In this document: positions 50,406 to 61,359 of the stretch, piece after piece
Position numbering within the stretch: the first letter of the stretch is position 1
Layout: each line of letters begins with the position of its first letter
Source of the DNA: Candidatus Poribacteria bacterium
Lineage (GTDB): Bacteria; Poribacteria; WGA-4E; WGA-3G
Length of the DNA: 64,000 bases
Reading direction: 5' to 3'
NCBI GenBank assembly: GCA_965242965.1
Contig: OZ251518.1
Span: 160,001-224,000, forward strand
Made by a program: the position numbers and the translations under genes
The notes under the pieces: generated by a model
The model's database searches: none
Seen by the model: only the letters and a program-made list of their open reading frames with translations
What the model was told of the DNA's origin: nothing

Positions 50406-50981
50406 TTGATAGTCTATCGCGGCGCGGGCATCGGCAGTTATTGGTATGTGCATAATCCGGCAGAGACAGGGTTTACTGCTAGAGCCCCTCGCGCATCTCC
50501 GACTCCGGAACGGCTGATGCAACATATTTCTCGCGGCACGGGCAACAGCCCGTTTATATCGCTGACGCGTTCATACGCGGTGGCGCGGCACTACGCGATG
50601 CTCATCAGTACACGCACGCCTACGCCTCAAGATCCGGCCTACGTTTACGAGGTAGAGATTGAGTTCCCGCTACTCTCTGGGCTCCAACTTTTGGATCCTG
50701 TCAAAGTAGTCGCGCAGGCACTACCTGATATAGCGAGTCCGGGGCCGCCTTATCAGCACGATGGGATACCCAATTTCTTGCTCGGTGTCGTTGATTCGGA
50801 GAACATGAGGGAGTTTCTGGAAAAACATGCGCCGCAGCCTCCATCTAGCGAAGGCACCCCGCGCCCGCCAAATCTGTCAATTGAATTAGAGACGCTGGTG
50901 CGGGCCCTACGCGATGCGGAAATTCTGGCACTCGGCATCATCCCGGCTGTCTGTGTCAAAAACTGTTTTGATATCTATTAA
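50406..50981 (+). CDS. Putative R-S-E type ADP-ribosyltransferase-fold protein
   Basis: IVYRG, LMQHISRG, SPFISLTRS..VARHYA, YVYEV, DAEILALG.IP. Confidence 0.6.
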   Translation: MIVYRGAGIGSYWYVHNPAETGFTARAPRASPTPERLMQHISRGTGNSPFISLTRSYAVARHYAMLISTRTPTPQDPAYVYEVEIEFPLLSGLQLLDPVKVVAQALPDIASPGPPYQHDGIPNFLLGVVDSENMREFLEKHAPQPPSSEGTPRPPNLSIELETLVRALRDAEILALGIIPAVCVKNCFDIY

Positions 50982-51041
50982 ATTCTTATGGTTGCGCAAC
51001 TTGCAAATACTTTGCGCAGCCCTTAAGAAGAGGAAACTCCC

Positions 51042-51395
51042 ATGAAACACATAGTCGATCACGCCAATCACGTCGATTACACGCTGAAGATAATTGACAT
51101 AGATGAACGCGTGCCCAACATTGATTCCATTGAATTCCTGTGGATAGAACGTCCTTATTGGGAGGGGCAACGATACGGCCCCTTTGCACGGGTGCGCTAT
51201 GCTCTCGACGGTGTTGAGCAAGTCGACGGCTTCCCCATAGACGTGGACAAAGGCATCTTCCTTTCCGTTTACGATGATGAATTGGCCGAAAAACTCCGGA
51301 AAATCGCACCGAAAATCGTTGAACTCCTTCACGAGGATCTCAAGAAACCTCCTACCGGAGACGAGCGATTTGTCTCGCCTTTCGCGAAAAACTAG
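51042..51395 (+). CDS. Small acidic hypothetical protein (candidate antitoxin/immunity)
   Basis: RBS GAGGA; 117 aa; follows the ART-like gene. Confidence 0.6.
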   Translation: MKHIVDHANHVDYTLKIIDIDERVPNIDSIEFLWIERPYWEGQRYGPFARVRYALDGVEQVDGFPIDVDKGIFLSVYDDELAEKLRKIAPKIVELLHEDLKKPPTGDERFVSPFAKN

Positions 51396-51405
51396 GGGGA
51401 AAACT

Positions 51406-53223
51406 TTGAGCTCTTATGAAACTTACGATTACGACGTGCTAATAATCGGCGCAGGCGGTGCCGGACTTCGTGCCGCGATTGAAGCCGCCGCCGGCAATCT
51501 CTCTGTCGGACTGATTTGCAAATCGCTGCTCGGCAAAGCACATACCGTCATGGCGGAAGGTGGTGTCGCCGCCGCACTCGCTAATGTCGACGAGAGAGAT
51601 AGCTGGCGGGTGCACTTCGCCGATACGATGCGCGGCGGACAGTATCTCTCCAACGCGCGGATGGCTGAACTCCACGCACAAGAATCACCGGAACGGGTGC
51701 GCGAACTTGAAGCATGGGGCGCGCTTTTCGACCGGACGGCGGAAGGAAGCATCCTCCAACGGAACTTCGGCGGACATCAATACCCCCGCCTCGCGCACGT
51801 CGGTGACCGGACGGGATTGGAGATGATCCGGGCTCTGCAGGACCACGGTATCCATCAAGGCATCGAGGTCCACATGGAGCACACCATCGTCTCTCTCCTC
51901 AAAAACGGCGAACGCATCGCCGGTGCCTTCGGCTATGAACGCGAAAAAGGCAGATTCAAAATCTTCTCCGCGAAGTCAGTCGTTCTCGCAACCGGCGGCG
52001 TGGGGAAGGCTTTCAAAATTACTAGCAACAGCTGGGAGTACACCGGCGATGGCCACGCCCTCGCTTATCATGCAGGCGCGGAACTCATCGACATGGAGTT
52101 TGTTCAATTCCATCCTACCGGGATGGTCTGGCCCCCAAGCGTGCGTGGCATTTTGGTGACTGAAGGTGTGCGCGGCGAAGGCGGCATCCTCACAAATAGT
52201 GAAGGACGACGCTTTATGTTTGACGACATCCCCGAACTTTACAAAAACCAAACCGCTGATAACCCGGAGGAAGGCTGGCGATACACGCAAGGCGACAGAG
52301 ACGCGCGCAGACCTCCGGAATTGCTCACCCGCGATCACGTCGCACGATGCATCGTGCGAGAAGTCGCAGAAGGACGCGGTAGTCCACATGGCGGTGTCTT
52401 CCTGGATATCGCGTGGATAAAGGAGAAACTGCCGAACGCACCGGAACACATCCGCAGAAAGTTGCCGAGCATGTATCACCAATTCAAGGAACTCGCCGAT
52501 ATTGACATCACGGCGGAACCGATGGAAGTAGGTCCGACAACGCACTATATCATGGGTGGCATCCGAGTGGATGCCGATACGCAGATGACAGCGGTGCCGG
52601 GGCTCTTCGCCGCGGGCGAATGCGCAGCAGGATTACACGGAGCAAACCGACTCGGCGGGAATTCCCTCTCTGACCTGCTCGTTTTCGGCAAACGTGCCGG
52701 TGAATACGCCGCACAATTCGCAGCGGAAAACGGAAGCGTTCAGATTGACAAGGCGCAGGCAGACGCGATAACCGCCGAAGTGCTGAAACCTTTTGAGAAT
52801 AGCGCGGACGGGGATAACCCCTATCAAATTCAGGCACAACTCCAAGAGATGATGCAGGAACTCGTCGGCATCGCGCGAAGCGAGGCGAACCTGACGCGTG
52901 CGTTGGAAGAAATCCAGGGCCTCGCCGAAAAAGCGCGCAACGTTCATGCCATCGGCAATCGCGAGTATAACGCCGGCTGGCACACTGCGCTCGATCTGGA
53001 CAATCTCCTCACCGTCTCCGAGGCAATTGCGCTCGCTGCAATGGAGCGGAGAGCCAGCATCGGCGCGCATTCACGCGACGATTACCCGGAGAAGGAAGAG
53101 CCCGGGGCGGGCAAATACAATACCGTTATCCAGAAGGCACCCGAAGGCACGATGACAATCCGGCGGAATCCTATCCCCGAATTGCCGGAAGATTTACAAG
53201 CAATCATAGAGGAAATGGGATAA
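51406..53223 (+). CDS. sdhA: Succinate dehydrogenase/fumarate reductase flavoprotein
   Basis: IIGAGGAGL, AHTVMAEGG, QFHPTG, HYIMGG, HGANRLGGNSL; TTG start. Confidence 0.95.
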   Translation: MSSYETYDYDVLIIGAGGAGLRAAIEAAAGNLSVGLICKSLLGKAHTVMAEGGVAAALANVDERDSWRVHFADTMRGGQYLSNARMAELHAQESPERVRELEAWGALFDRTAEGSILQRNFGGHQYPRLAHVGDRTGLEMIRALQDHGIHQGIEVHMEHTIVSLLKNGERIAGAFGYEREKGRFKIFSAKSVVLATGGVGKAFKITSNSWEYTGDGHALAYHAGAELIDMEFVQFHPTGMVWPPSVRGILVTEGVRGEGGILTNSEGRRFMFDDIPELYKNQTADNPEEGWRYTQGDRDARRPPELLTRDHVARCIVREVAEGRGSPHGGVFLDIAWIKEKLPNAPEHIRRKLPSMYHQFKELADIDITAEPMEVGPTTHYIMGGIRVDADTQMTAVPGLFAAGECAAGLHGANRLGGNSLSDLLVFGKRAGEYAAQFAAENGSVQIDKAQADAITAEVLKPFENSADGDNPYQIQAQLQEMMQELVGIARSEANLTRALEEIQGLAEKARNVHAIGNREYNAGWHTALDLDNLLTVSEAIALAAMERRASIGAHSRDDYPEKEEPGAGKYNTVIQKAPEGTMTIRRNPIPELPEDLQAIIEEMG

Positions 53224-53224
53224 A

Positions 53225-53962
53225 ATGGCGAAAACAACGTTTAGAATCTGGCGCGGGGATGCCAACGATGCAAAATTTGTCGATTATGAAACCGACATCT
53301 CCGAAGGCATGGTAGTCCTCGATGCCATTCACCGCATCCAAGCGGAACAAGCGAATGACTTGGCGGTTCGGTGGAACTGCAAGGCGGGAAAATGTGGCTC
53401 CTGCTCCGCCGAAATCAACGGCAATCCGAAGTTGATGTGCATGATGCGCATGAGCGATTTGCCGTCAGAGCAGCCGGTAACGGTAGAACCGATGCGCGCC
53501 TTCCCACTTATCAAAGACTTGGTTACGGACGTATCCTGGAACTTCAAGGTGAAGGAACGTATGAAGCCGTTCACACCACGTCCCCCGGATGCCGATGATG
53601 GAACATGGCGCATGGAACAGGAAGACATCGATGGCATCCAAGAATTTCGGAAGTGCATCGAGTGCTTTTTGTGTCAAGATGTCTGCCATGTCCTCCGCGA
53701 GCATGAGCTCCACGAGGAATTCATCGGGCCGCGCTTTTTTGTGTATGCGGCATCGTTAGAGATGCATCCCATTGACACCGAAAACCGGCTCGCCGAATTG
53801 AAAGACACAGATGGCATCGGGTATTGCAACATCACGAAGTGTTGCACGAAGGTGTGCCCGGAGCACATCACGATTACGGACAACGCCATCATCCCGTTGA
53901 AAGAACGCGTCGTTGATGAATTCTACGATCCGGTGAAAAAGTTATTCCGCATTTTTAGTTAG
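53225..53962 (+). CDS. sdhB: Succinate dehydrogenase iron-sulfur subunit
   Basis: CKAGKCGSC, CIECFLC, CNITKCCTKVCP. Confidence 0.95.
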   Translation: MAKTTFRIWRGDANDAKFVDYETDISEGMVVLDAIHRIQAEQANDLAVRWNCKAGKCGSCSAEINGNPKLMCMMRMSDLPSEQPVTVEPMRAFPLIKDLVTDVSWNFKVKERMKPFTPRPPDADDGTWRMEQEDIDGIQEFRKCIECFLCQDVCHVLREHELHEEFIGPRFFVYAASLEMHPIDTENRLAELKDTDGIGYCNITKCCTKVCPEHITITDNAIIPLKERVVDEFYDPVKKLFRIFS

Positions 53963-54033
53963 TCGTGCGGGTGCCGCGGCGGTTCGGAATTTGTCCGACA
54001 AAAAACTTGACTATCCAATCCGGAGATGTTATC

Positions 54034-55173
54034 ATGATGAAAACCAGTAAGAACGATGTGTTACGAGTCGGCGTGATTGGCCCCGGGGGTGCAGGCCGTG
54101 GCAACACGCTCGGTTTCGCAATGCGTCCCGATGCAGAAATCGTCGCCGCAGCGGATACCCATGAAGCGAGTTTAGACGCGCTAGAAGACGCGCTCCAACA
54201 GCGTGTCGAAGGGTATCGGCCGAATAGTTTCAAACGCTACCTCGGTGAATACGAATTCGTGGAAATGCTCAACCACGAAGATTTGGACATCGTCGGCGTT
54301 TTCTCACCGCACTCGCTGCACGATATCCACACCAAATACGCGCTCCGCGCCGGATGCCATGTCATTGTAGAGAAACCGATGGCGAATATCGTCGGGGACG
54401 CTATCGCAATCACCAAGATTGCAATAGGTAGCGGCCTGCACCTCGTCGGTGGATACCAACGGCACTATGAGGATACCTACATCAGCGGTAGGCGCGCCAT
54501 CGCTGAAGGACGTATCGGCACCCTGCAGAAATTTGATGTCTACATGGCGCAACGGTGGGGAGCCGGCGGCTGGCGCGGCGACCCGAGGTTTTCCGGCGGC
54601 GGACAGCCTAATGACTCCGGCAGTCACCTTCAGGATATCTTCTTGTGGATGACAGGCGCGTTGCCGAGCCAAGTCTACGGAACGACCGATATGAAATTCG
54701 AGGACGATGATGGAAACCTCGTCCCGAAATTCGTTGAGATTAACTCCTATTCCGACGTAACGCTGGATAACGGCGCAGAAGGCACCATCACTATCCTCGG
54801 CAACACCCGCGTCGGGTTTGAGGAATCGGTTATCCTTGAGGGCGACGAAGGCACGATTGAAATCAAAAACGGCATCCGTTATACGCCTAAGGGAGGCGAA
54901 CCGCAGCCGCTTGCATATCCACGTCCCGAAGGATACCCGCACAATAAAGTAGATCAGCTCGTCGGCTTAGTGAAAGGCGATTACGAGGCGAATTATACTT
55001 CCGGCATTAATGGCGTGCGGACCAGTTGGTTAACGAACGCAATCCTAGCAGCGGGACGCGGCGCGGCGGAGAAAACCCGCGTCGATTGCGATATCCTCGT
55101 CGAAAAAGAGGGTTACAGTCGCCAGGCCGTTTTAGCGTTAATTGACGAATGCGCATCGAAACAGATGTACTGA
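54034..55173 (+). CDS. Gfo/Idh/MocA family oxidoreductase
   Basis: VGVIGPGGAG, HVIVEKPMA, GGG..ND.GSH..D. Confidence 0.9.
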   Translation: MMKTSKNDVLRVGVIGPGGAGRGNTLGFAMRPDAEIVAAADTHEASLDALEDALQQRVEGYRPNSFKRYLGEYEFVEMLNHEDLDIVGVFSPHSLHDIHTKYALRAGCHVIVEKPMANIVGDAIAITKIAIGSGLHLVGGYQRHYEDTYISGRRAIAEGRIGTLQKFDVYMAQRWGAGGWRGDPRFSGGGQPNDSGSHLQDIFLWMTGALPSQVYGTTDMKFEDDDGNLVPKFVEINSYSDVTLDNGAEGTITILGNTRVGFEESVILEGDEGTIEIKNGIRYTPKGGEPQPLAYPRPEGYPHNKVDQLVGLVKGDYEANYTSGINGVRTSWLTNAILAAGRGAAEKTRVDCDILVEKEGYSRQAVLALIDECASKQMY

Positions 55174-55191
55174 TGTAAGGAGGACAGACGA

Positions 55192-57135
55192 ATGAAACTG
55201 ACAAAACACCTCGCTTCGCTTTTCTGCGTCGCGCTGCTCGCGGGATGCCTCGGCGGCAGTGGTGCGATTCGCAACGCCGAAAAATTGGTAGAAGCGAAGG
55301 ATTACCGCGGTGCAATTGAGGCGTATCAAAGCATCGTGGATACGAAACCTGGCACACCGGCAGCGCGTCAGGCGCAACTCGCTATCGGCAAGTTGTCAAT
55401 TGAGCGGATGAATCAGCCCGCTGTCGGTGTCAAGGCATACCAAGCCGTTATTTCAGACGCGCCGGAGAGCGATGAAGCCGCCGAGGCGCACTACCAACTC
55501 GGCATGCACCACTATCGCTCAAAGGATTTTGCGTCGGCGCAGACAGAGTTTGACAAAATTGTCAACCAATTCCCGCAGCTGGAATTGAGCCACAATGCGC
55601 AACTGATGTTGGCGAAAAGTTACGAAGAAGCGAAGAATTATGAACAGGCTGTGGAAATCTTCGATAACTTCGCTAACCGCAACCCGCGGAGTGAGCGCGC
55701 CGCGCAAGCAATCGCGAATAAGGCGCGTATCCAGCGTGAGCACCTGAAAAACAGTGAGGAAGCGAAGCGCACATATCAATCGCTCGTGAAGCGGTATGGC
55801 AAAGTTGAAGGCACCGAAAAAGAGATTGAGAAGGCGAAGCAAGAACTGACAGCACTTGGGGCAAGCATCCCGACACCCGATGACCCGCTGGCAACGCAGT
55901 ACGGCAGGGCCCTCGCGCAACAGGAGGCACGCCGTGAACGCGACCGGCCCCGCGGCGGTGCAGAAAAAAGCCGCGCCATGGGTAGCGCAAATGTCCAAAT
56001 CGCGGACTCCGGATTCGGTGTCAGTGCGTCAGAGGTGATGCGCGATTTCGGCGGCCAGACTGCCATCGCCGGCGATGAACAGGGCAGTTTCCACGACGCG
56101 GAACTCATGATTGCCAACTTCTTCTACGGCGACGAAAATTATCGCGATGCGGGCGCGCTCTACTTCGATGCAATCGCGCGCGCCGAGACGAACAACGAGA
56201 AAATCGATCCTTACAGCTACCTCAAGCTGTCTGTCTGCTACCGAAAAGTCGGGATGCATCAGCGCGCGAAAGCGGTGCTGAAAAAAGCCGCTAGCCGAGA
56301 TGGCGAGGTGGTGGAGGCAGTCGTCAGCACCGGACGAAATCAGTATACCAACGAAGAATACGAAAAGGCAATCGAGACTTACAACTCCGTTGTGGGGCTC
56401 AACCGCAATCGAGATTCGGAGGTATATTGGCTCATCTCGCTTGCTTACAAAAAGTTAGGCGAACCGGAGAAGGAGCGGGAGGTGCTGGAACGTTCTGTCG
56501 CCGCGAATACGATGAACGCCGATGCGTTGCAAAGCCTCGCCGAGGTGCTGCACTACCGGCTGAAGGACCGGAAGACCGCGGCGATTTACCAAGATCTGGT
56601 TGATGAAAAAGGTGATTCTTATCTCGCTTCAAAAACCCTCGGAGATCTCTGCTATCAGTATGAGAACTACGTGCAAGCCAGATCGAAGTATCGGGCGGCG
56701 GCACGCACCGCAAAGCGGCTCCTCGACAAATCGGAAAGCCGGGCAGAGAAGCAGAAACTCCACAATCAGATCGTATACGCCACCGTTCTCGCCGCCCGCG
56801 CAACGTTCCACCTGAAAGGCGTAGACGCGGCGCAGGCGATGCTCGATGAACTCGCAGCTGAATTCCCCGAACACGCTTTGATTCCGTATGGCCGAGGCGA
56901 AATCGCGCTGCTTAACGGTGATGCAGATACCGCGGTCGCCGCGTTCAAAGAATCGATCGAGAAGGCACCTCTCTCGGACATTCCGTTGATAGCCCTCGGC
57001 GACTACTACCTCTCGCAAGGCTATAACGACGACGCAATTGCGCTTTGGGAAGAGTTCTTGAAAACGAACCAATATAACCAGAACGTTCAGCGTCGCCTGA
57101 AAAAACTGCAGAAGAGTAGTGAAACCGAGGAGTAA
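55192..57135 (+). CDS. TPR-repeat lipoprotein (BamD/CpoB-like repeats)
   Basis: LLAGC lipobox, multiple TPRs. Confidence 0.8.
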   Translation: MKLTKHLASLFCVALLAGCLGGSGAIRNAEKLVEAKDYRGAIEAYQSIVDTKPGTPAARQAQLAIGKLSIERMNQPAVGVKAYQAVISDAPESDEAAEAHYQLGMHHYRSKDFASAQTEFDKIVNQFPQLELSHNAQLMLAKSYEEAKNYEQAVEIFDNFANRNPRSERAAQAIANKARIQREHLKNSEEAKRTYQSLVKRYGKVEGTEKEIEKAKQELTALGASIPTPDDPLATQYGRALAQQEARRERDRPRGGAEKSRAMGSANVQIADSGFGVSASEVMRDFGGQTAIAGDEQGSFHDAELMIANFFYGDENYRDAGALYFDAIARAETNNEKIDPYSYLKLSVCYRKVGMHQRAKAVLKKAASRDGEVVEAVVSTGRNQYTNEEYEKAIETYNSVVGLNRNRDSEVYWLISLAYKKLGEPEKEREVLERSVAANTMNADALQSLAEVLHYRLKDRKTAAIYQDLVDEKGDSYLASKTLGDLCYQYENYVQARSKYRAAARTAKRLLDKSESRAEKQKLHNQIVYATVLAARATFHLKGVDAAQAMLDELAAEFPEHALIPYGRGEIALLNGDADTAVAAFKESIEKAPLSDIPLIALGDYYLSQGYNDDAIALWEEFLKTNQYNQNVQRRLKKLQKSSETEE

Positions 57136-57143
57136 CGAGCGGA

Positions 57144-57198
57144 TTTCGGTTTGATTGTCGGGATGGATATAGCCTGCCATCCTAACAATCAAACGAAA
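57144..57198 (+). terminator. Long hairpin after TPR gene (possible terminator)
   Basis: GTTTGATTGTCGGGATGG / CCATCCTAACAATCAAAC. Confidence 0.45.
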
Positions 57199-57260
57199 AC
57201 CCACCGTTCGCTAGCGACACGAGGGAAAACCGAGCCGTCCTGCTTTTTTTTGAAAAAAAT

Positions 57261-57289
57261 TTGACATTTTCCCGTTAATTAGGTATAAT
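57261..57289 (+). promoter_or_regulatory. Consensus sigma70 promoter of rho
   Basis: TTGACA-N17-TATAAT with A-rich UP element. Confidence 0.85.
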
Positions 57290-57459
57290 TAGTTAATAGC
57301 GAGGTTTGCAGGCTTCTGCGAGCGTCGCGCTTGAGCACAATGTGAGATATTCCCGCAGGCATCCTCGCACCTACGCCGCTTGCACCCGCATTTTGCCCAT
57401 ATCCAGATTACATCATAATCGCCTGCCGTGCGTAGGCCGTTAGAGGAGTATTAGAAATT

Positions 57460-58791
57460 ATGGAGAGCTTGGACATTGGCAAGCTCCAAGAGATGGGGTT
57501 CTCGGAACTCGAAACCCTTGCACTTGAATCCGGTGTCGGAGAATCTATCGGACTCCGGAAAGAGGAATTGATAAACCAGATTATTGAGGCGAAAGCGGAC
57601 GGAGATACGCAATTTTACGGTGGTGGCGTTCTGGAAATTTTGGATGACCGGGAGCAAAACTACGGGTTTCTCCGCTCCTCGCGCTCGAACTATTTGCAGA
57701 GCAACGAGGACATTTACGTCTCGTCGTCTCAAATCCGGCGATTCGATTTGCGGACGGGGCATGTCGTTGAGGGCATCGTCCGTCCCCCCAAGCGGGCGGA
57801 AAACAAGGCGGAACGGTATTTCGCTATGTTGCAGATTGAAAAGGTGAATGGCGAATCACCAGACCTCGCCAAGCGGAAAACCCTTTTCGACAATCTCACG
57901 CCTATCTACCCCTATCAACAACTGAAATTGGAGCACAATCCATCGGAATTCGCGACGCGCATGGTAGATTTGCTTTCGCCGATCGGGAAGGGGCAGCGCG
58001 GGTTGATTGTCGCTCCGCCTTACAGTGGGAAAACCACGCTGCTGAAGAACATCGCCGCCGGCATCGAGGCGAACCACCCGGAAACCTCGCTCATTTTTCT
58101 GCTGATTGATGAACGTCCGGAGGAGGTCACAGATGTCGCGCGCTCTGTCAAAGGCGAAGTCATCAGTTCTACCTTTGATGAACATCCGGAACGGCACATC
58201 CAAGTTGCGGAGATGGCGATTGAAAAAGCCAAGCGTGCCGCTGAATATGGACAGGATGTCGTTATCCTGCTTGACAGCATCACGCGGCTGGCAAGGGCCC
58301 ACAATCTCATGGCACCGCACAGTGGCAAGACGCTGAGCGGCGGGTTAGACGCGATGGCGTTTGTAAAGCCGCGGCAATTCTGCGGTGCAGCCCGGAAGTT
58401 TGAAGAGGGCGGCAGTCTTACCATCATGGCATCTGTCCTCGTCGGAACGGAAAGCCGCGCCGATGAATACATCTATGAGGAATTCAAAGGCACGGCGAAC
58501 ATGGAAATCCACTTGGAGCGTTCGCTGTTGGACCGGCGCATTTTCCCATCGATTAACATTGAAAAATCGAAGACTCGGCGGGAAGAACTCCTGCTTGCAC
58601 CCGATGTGCTGAACAAAGTCTGGGTGCTGCGGAAGTTCACCAGTCAAATGGACACCGCCGAATCCATGGAACTGCTCGTTGAACAATTCGGTAGAACCCG
58701 CACCAACGAGGAGTTTCTGGAGAGGTTGGTAGACAGCACAAGGCGAAGTGCGCCCGCGCGGACGCGAACCCGAACGAAGCCTACTGCATAA
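57460..58791 (+). CDS. rho: Transcription termination factor Rho
   Basis: [54 protein letters not shown]. Confidence 0.98.
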   Translation: MESLDIGKLQEMGFSELETLALESGVGESIGLRKEELINQIIEAKADGDTQFYGGGVLEILDDREQNYGFLRSSRSNYLQSNEDIYVSSSQIRRFDLRTGHVVEGIVRPPKRAENKAERYFAMLQIEKVNGESPDLAKRKTLFDNLTPIYPYQQLKLEHNPSEFATRMVDLLSPIGKGQRGLIVAPPYSGKTTLLKNIAAGIEANHPETSLIFLLIDERPEEVTDVARSVKGEVISSTFDEHPERHIQVAEMAIEKAKRAAEYGQDVVILLDSITRLARAHNLMAPHSGKTLSGGLDAMAFVKPRQFCGAARKFEEGGSLTIMASVLVGTESRADEYIYEEFKGTANMEIHLERSLLDRRIFPSINIEKSKTRREELLLAPDVLNKVWVLRKFTSQMDTAESMELLVEQFGRTRTNEEFLERLVDSTRRSAPARTRTRTKPTA

Positions 58792-58871
58792 CCGCGCCTT
58801 CTCGGCGCACGGATCTCGCGCTTTTCGCATATCTCTTTATTCTGGACAAGCGCGCGAAAGGAGAATCTAGC

Positions 58872-59084
58872 ATGAAAACTGAAATTCACCCTGAATTGGT
58901 GGAGAGCGTTATCACCTGCGTTTGTGGGGCAACGCATAACACGCTTGCCATTCAGCCACAGATGCGGGTGGATATTTGTGGTAAATGCCACCCGTTTTAC
59001 ACAGGACAACAAGCACGGTTTATTGATACAGCCGGGCGTGTTGAGAGTTTCCGGCGGCGTTACGGCCTCACCGCTGATAAGTAG
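58872..59084 (+). CDS. rpmE: 50S ribosomal protein L31 (Zn-binding type)
   Basis: MK.EIHP, CVC...[18 protein letters not shown]. Confidence 0.96.
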   Translation: MKTEIHPELVESVITCVCGATHNTLAIQPQMRVDICGKCHPFYTGQQARFIDTAGRVESFRRRYGLTADK

Positions 59085-59098
59085 CACGCCTTGGCTCC

Positions 59099-59337
59099 CG
59101 TAGGGCGGGGGCCTGTCCCTCGCCATGCCAACTCGCTTATTATCGTAGGGCGGGGGCCTGTCCCTCGCCATGCCAACCCACCTCGGTTCCCGTAGGGCGA
59201 GGGCCTGTCCCTCGCCATGCCAACTTGCTTATTATCGTAGGGCGAGGGCCTGTCCCTCGCCAAACTTATCTGCATCGAGACCGGGAGGTCTCTCCTACGG
59301 AGAGGCCTCGTGAGGGCCTGTCCCTCGCCATGCCAAC
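59099..59337 (+). repeat. Tandem array of about 5 direct REP copies
   Basis: CGTAGGGCG(G/A)GGGCCTGTCCCTCGCCATGCCAAC with 11-13 bp linkers. Confidence 0.85.
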
Positions 59338-59379
59338 CCCGAATGCCCAACGCAGCATTCCACGCGATAGAAATAAAAA

Positions 59380-60447
59380 ATGTTTGAAAAACTGAAGGAT
59401 ATTGAATCCAAATACGCTGAAGTGGAGAGAGCCCTGGGAGACGCGGCACAGATCTCGAACCAACAGCGGTTAATGGAACTCTCTAAAACGCATGCGGAGC
59501 TTTCCCCAATCGTCTCTGCTTATCAAGAATACCAGCAACTTGAATCGGCACTTGAGGAGACGCACTCCCTTGCCGAAACGGAAACCGACGAGGAGATGGT
59601 AGGATTGGTGCAAGAAGAATTGGAGAGCCTCACAGCGCAAAGAGAGGAACTGATGGAGAAACTGACACTCCTCCTCATTCCGAAGGACCCGAACGATGAG
59701 AAGAACGTCATCATCGAAATCCGGGCTGGCACTGGCGGGGAGGAGGCGAGTCTCTTTGCCGCGGAACTGTTCCGGATGTACGCCCGATTCGCCGAACGAC
59801 AGAGTTGGAAACTTGAACTGTTGAATTCCAACGCTACCGGATTAAAGGGGTTCAAAGAGGTAGTTTTCTCTATTGCCGGCGCGGGTGCGTATAGCCGACT
59901 CAAGTATGAGGGCGGCATACACCGCGTCCAGCGTATCCCCGCTACCGAGGCGAGTGGGCGCATACACACCTCTGCCGCAACCGTGGCGGTTCTCCCGGAG
60001 GCAGAGGAACTCGATCTGGCGATTGACGAGGCAGCCGAACTACGCATTGATACCTACCGTTCCTCCGGTCCCGGCGGGCAAAGCGTGAATACGACGGACT
60101 CAGCCATTCGGATTACGCATTTGCCGACAGGTTTGGTTGTGACGTGCCAAGACGAGAAGTCTCAGCACAAAAACCGCTCCAAGGCGATGAAAATCCTCCG
60201 GGCGCGTCTGCAAGAGCAGAAACAGGCGGAACTCAACAGCGAACGCGCCGAAACGCGCCGCTCCATGGTAGGAAGCGGCGACAGGAGCGAGAAAATTCGC
60301 ACCTATAATTTCCCACAATCCCGCGTCACCGACCATCGTATTCGATTCAGTTCCTATCAATTGGACTCGGTTTTAGACGGTGACCTCGGGGCTTTCATCG
60401 AGCGGCTGACTACCGTAGATCAGACTGAAAAACTGAAAGAGAGTTAG
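59380..60447 (+). CDS. prfA: Peptide chain release factor 1
   Basis: [14 protein letters not shown] motif, GPGGQSVN. Confidence 0.97.
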   Translation: MFEKLKDIESKYAEVERALGDAAQISNQQRLMELSKTHAELSPIVSAYQEYQQLESALEETHSLAETETDEEMVGLVQEELESLTAQREELMEKLTLLLIPKDPNDEKNVIIEIRAGTGGEEASLFAAELFRMYARFAERQSWKLELLNSNATGLKGFKEVVFSIAGAGAYSRLKYEGGIHRVQRIPATEASGRIHTSAATVAVLPEAEELDLAIDEAAELRIDTYRSSGPGGQSVNTTDSAIRITHLPTGLVVTCQDEKSQHKNRSKAMKILRARLQEQKQAELNSERAETRRSMVGSGDRSEKIRTYNFPQSRVTDHRIRFSSYQLDSVLDGDLGAFIERLTTVDQTEKLKES

Positions 60448-60455
60448 CACCGAAA

Positions 60456-61322
60456 ATGCCTACCCAAATCTGGACTGTGAAGCGGCTGCTTCTTTGGACG
60501 ACGGACTATTTCACGCATCACGACATTCCGAATCCACGGCTAGACGCAGAAGTTCTCCTCTCACATCTGCTTAAGAAAAGCCGGTTGCAACTCTATCTTG
60601 ATTTCGATATGCCGATTTTTCAGGAGCATCTCACGTCATTTCGCGCCCTCATCACGAAACGCATCGCCCGGACCCCGGTAAGTTATCTCACGAACCGGAA
60701 GGAGTTCTTGTCGCTAGATTTCTACGTTGATGAACGCGTCATGATTCCGCGTCCGGAGACCGAACACCTCGTTGAAACGGTTTTGACTCAGACACCGATA
60801 GACTTGCTCCCTAAGCGCGCGCTGGACCTGGGCACCGGCAGTGGCGTTATCGCCATCAGTCTCGCCGTGCAGCGGCCCGAATGGGATATCGTCGCGACGG
60901 ATATCTCCGAAGACGCTTTAGCTGTAGCGCAGAAAAACGCCGAGACGCATACCTGCATCGCTCATCTCAGTTTTCTCAAGGGCCCCTTGTTTGAGCCGGT
61001 TAACGCGCAACAATTTGATTGGATACTCTGCAATCCGCCTTATGTCAAATCAGGCGAACGGGAGACGCTCAGTGCCGATGTCCGCGACTACGAACCTGAA
61101 ATCGCGCTCTTCGCGGGCGATGATGGCCTAGCGGTTATCCGTCGCCTCATCGCCGAGGCCCCCGATTACCTTGCGCCGAACGGGAAACTCATCTTTGAAA
61201 TCGGCGACACACAGGCCGAAGAGGTCTGCTCGTTGCTTGATGAGGCGCGGCCTGCATATCGCACATATCATTTGCTAAAGGACTACGCACAGAAAGAGCG
61301 GATTGTCCTTGCGAGCATATAG
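60456..61322 (+). CDS. prmC: Release factor glutamine methyltransferase
   Basis: IPRPETE, DLGTGSG, NPPY. Confidence 0.96.
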   Translation: MPTQIWTVKRLLLWTTDYFTHHDIPNPRLDAEVLLSHLLKKSRLQLYLDFDMPIFQEHLTSFRALITKRIARTPVSYLTNRKEFLSLDFYVDERVMIPRPETEHLVETVLTQTPIDLLPKRALDLGTGSGVIAISLAVQRPEWDIVATDISEDALAVAQKNAETHTCIAHLSFLKGPLFEPVNAQQFDWILCNPPYVKSGERETLSADVRDYEPEIALFAGDDGLAVIRRLIAEAPDYLAPNGKLIFEIGDTQAEEVCSLLDEARPAYRTYHLLKDYAQKERIVLASI

Positions 61323-61359
61323 ATAGCACCTATTTTCTTTTTCAATCGTCTGAGCACAA

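Noticed and set aside
59099-59337. CRISPR-like direct repeat array
   Set aside because: Linkers are only 11-13 bp and two are nearly identical, the repeat is a dispersed REP, and there are no cas genes.
10305-59463. Many short ORFs with recurring peptides (MARDRPSPY, VARGPVPR, VGETSWSR)
   Set aside because: They are translations of REP modules, with no RBS and inconsistent frames and strands.
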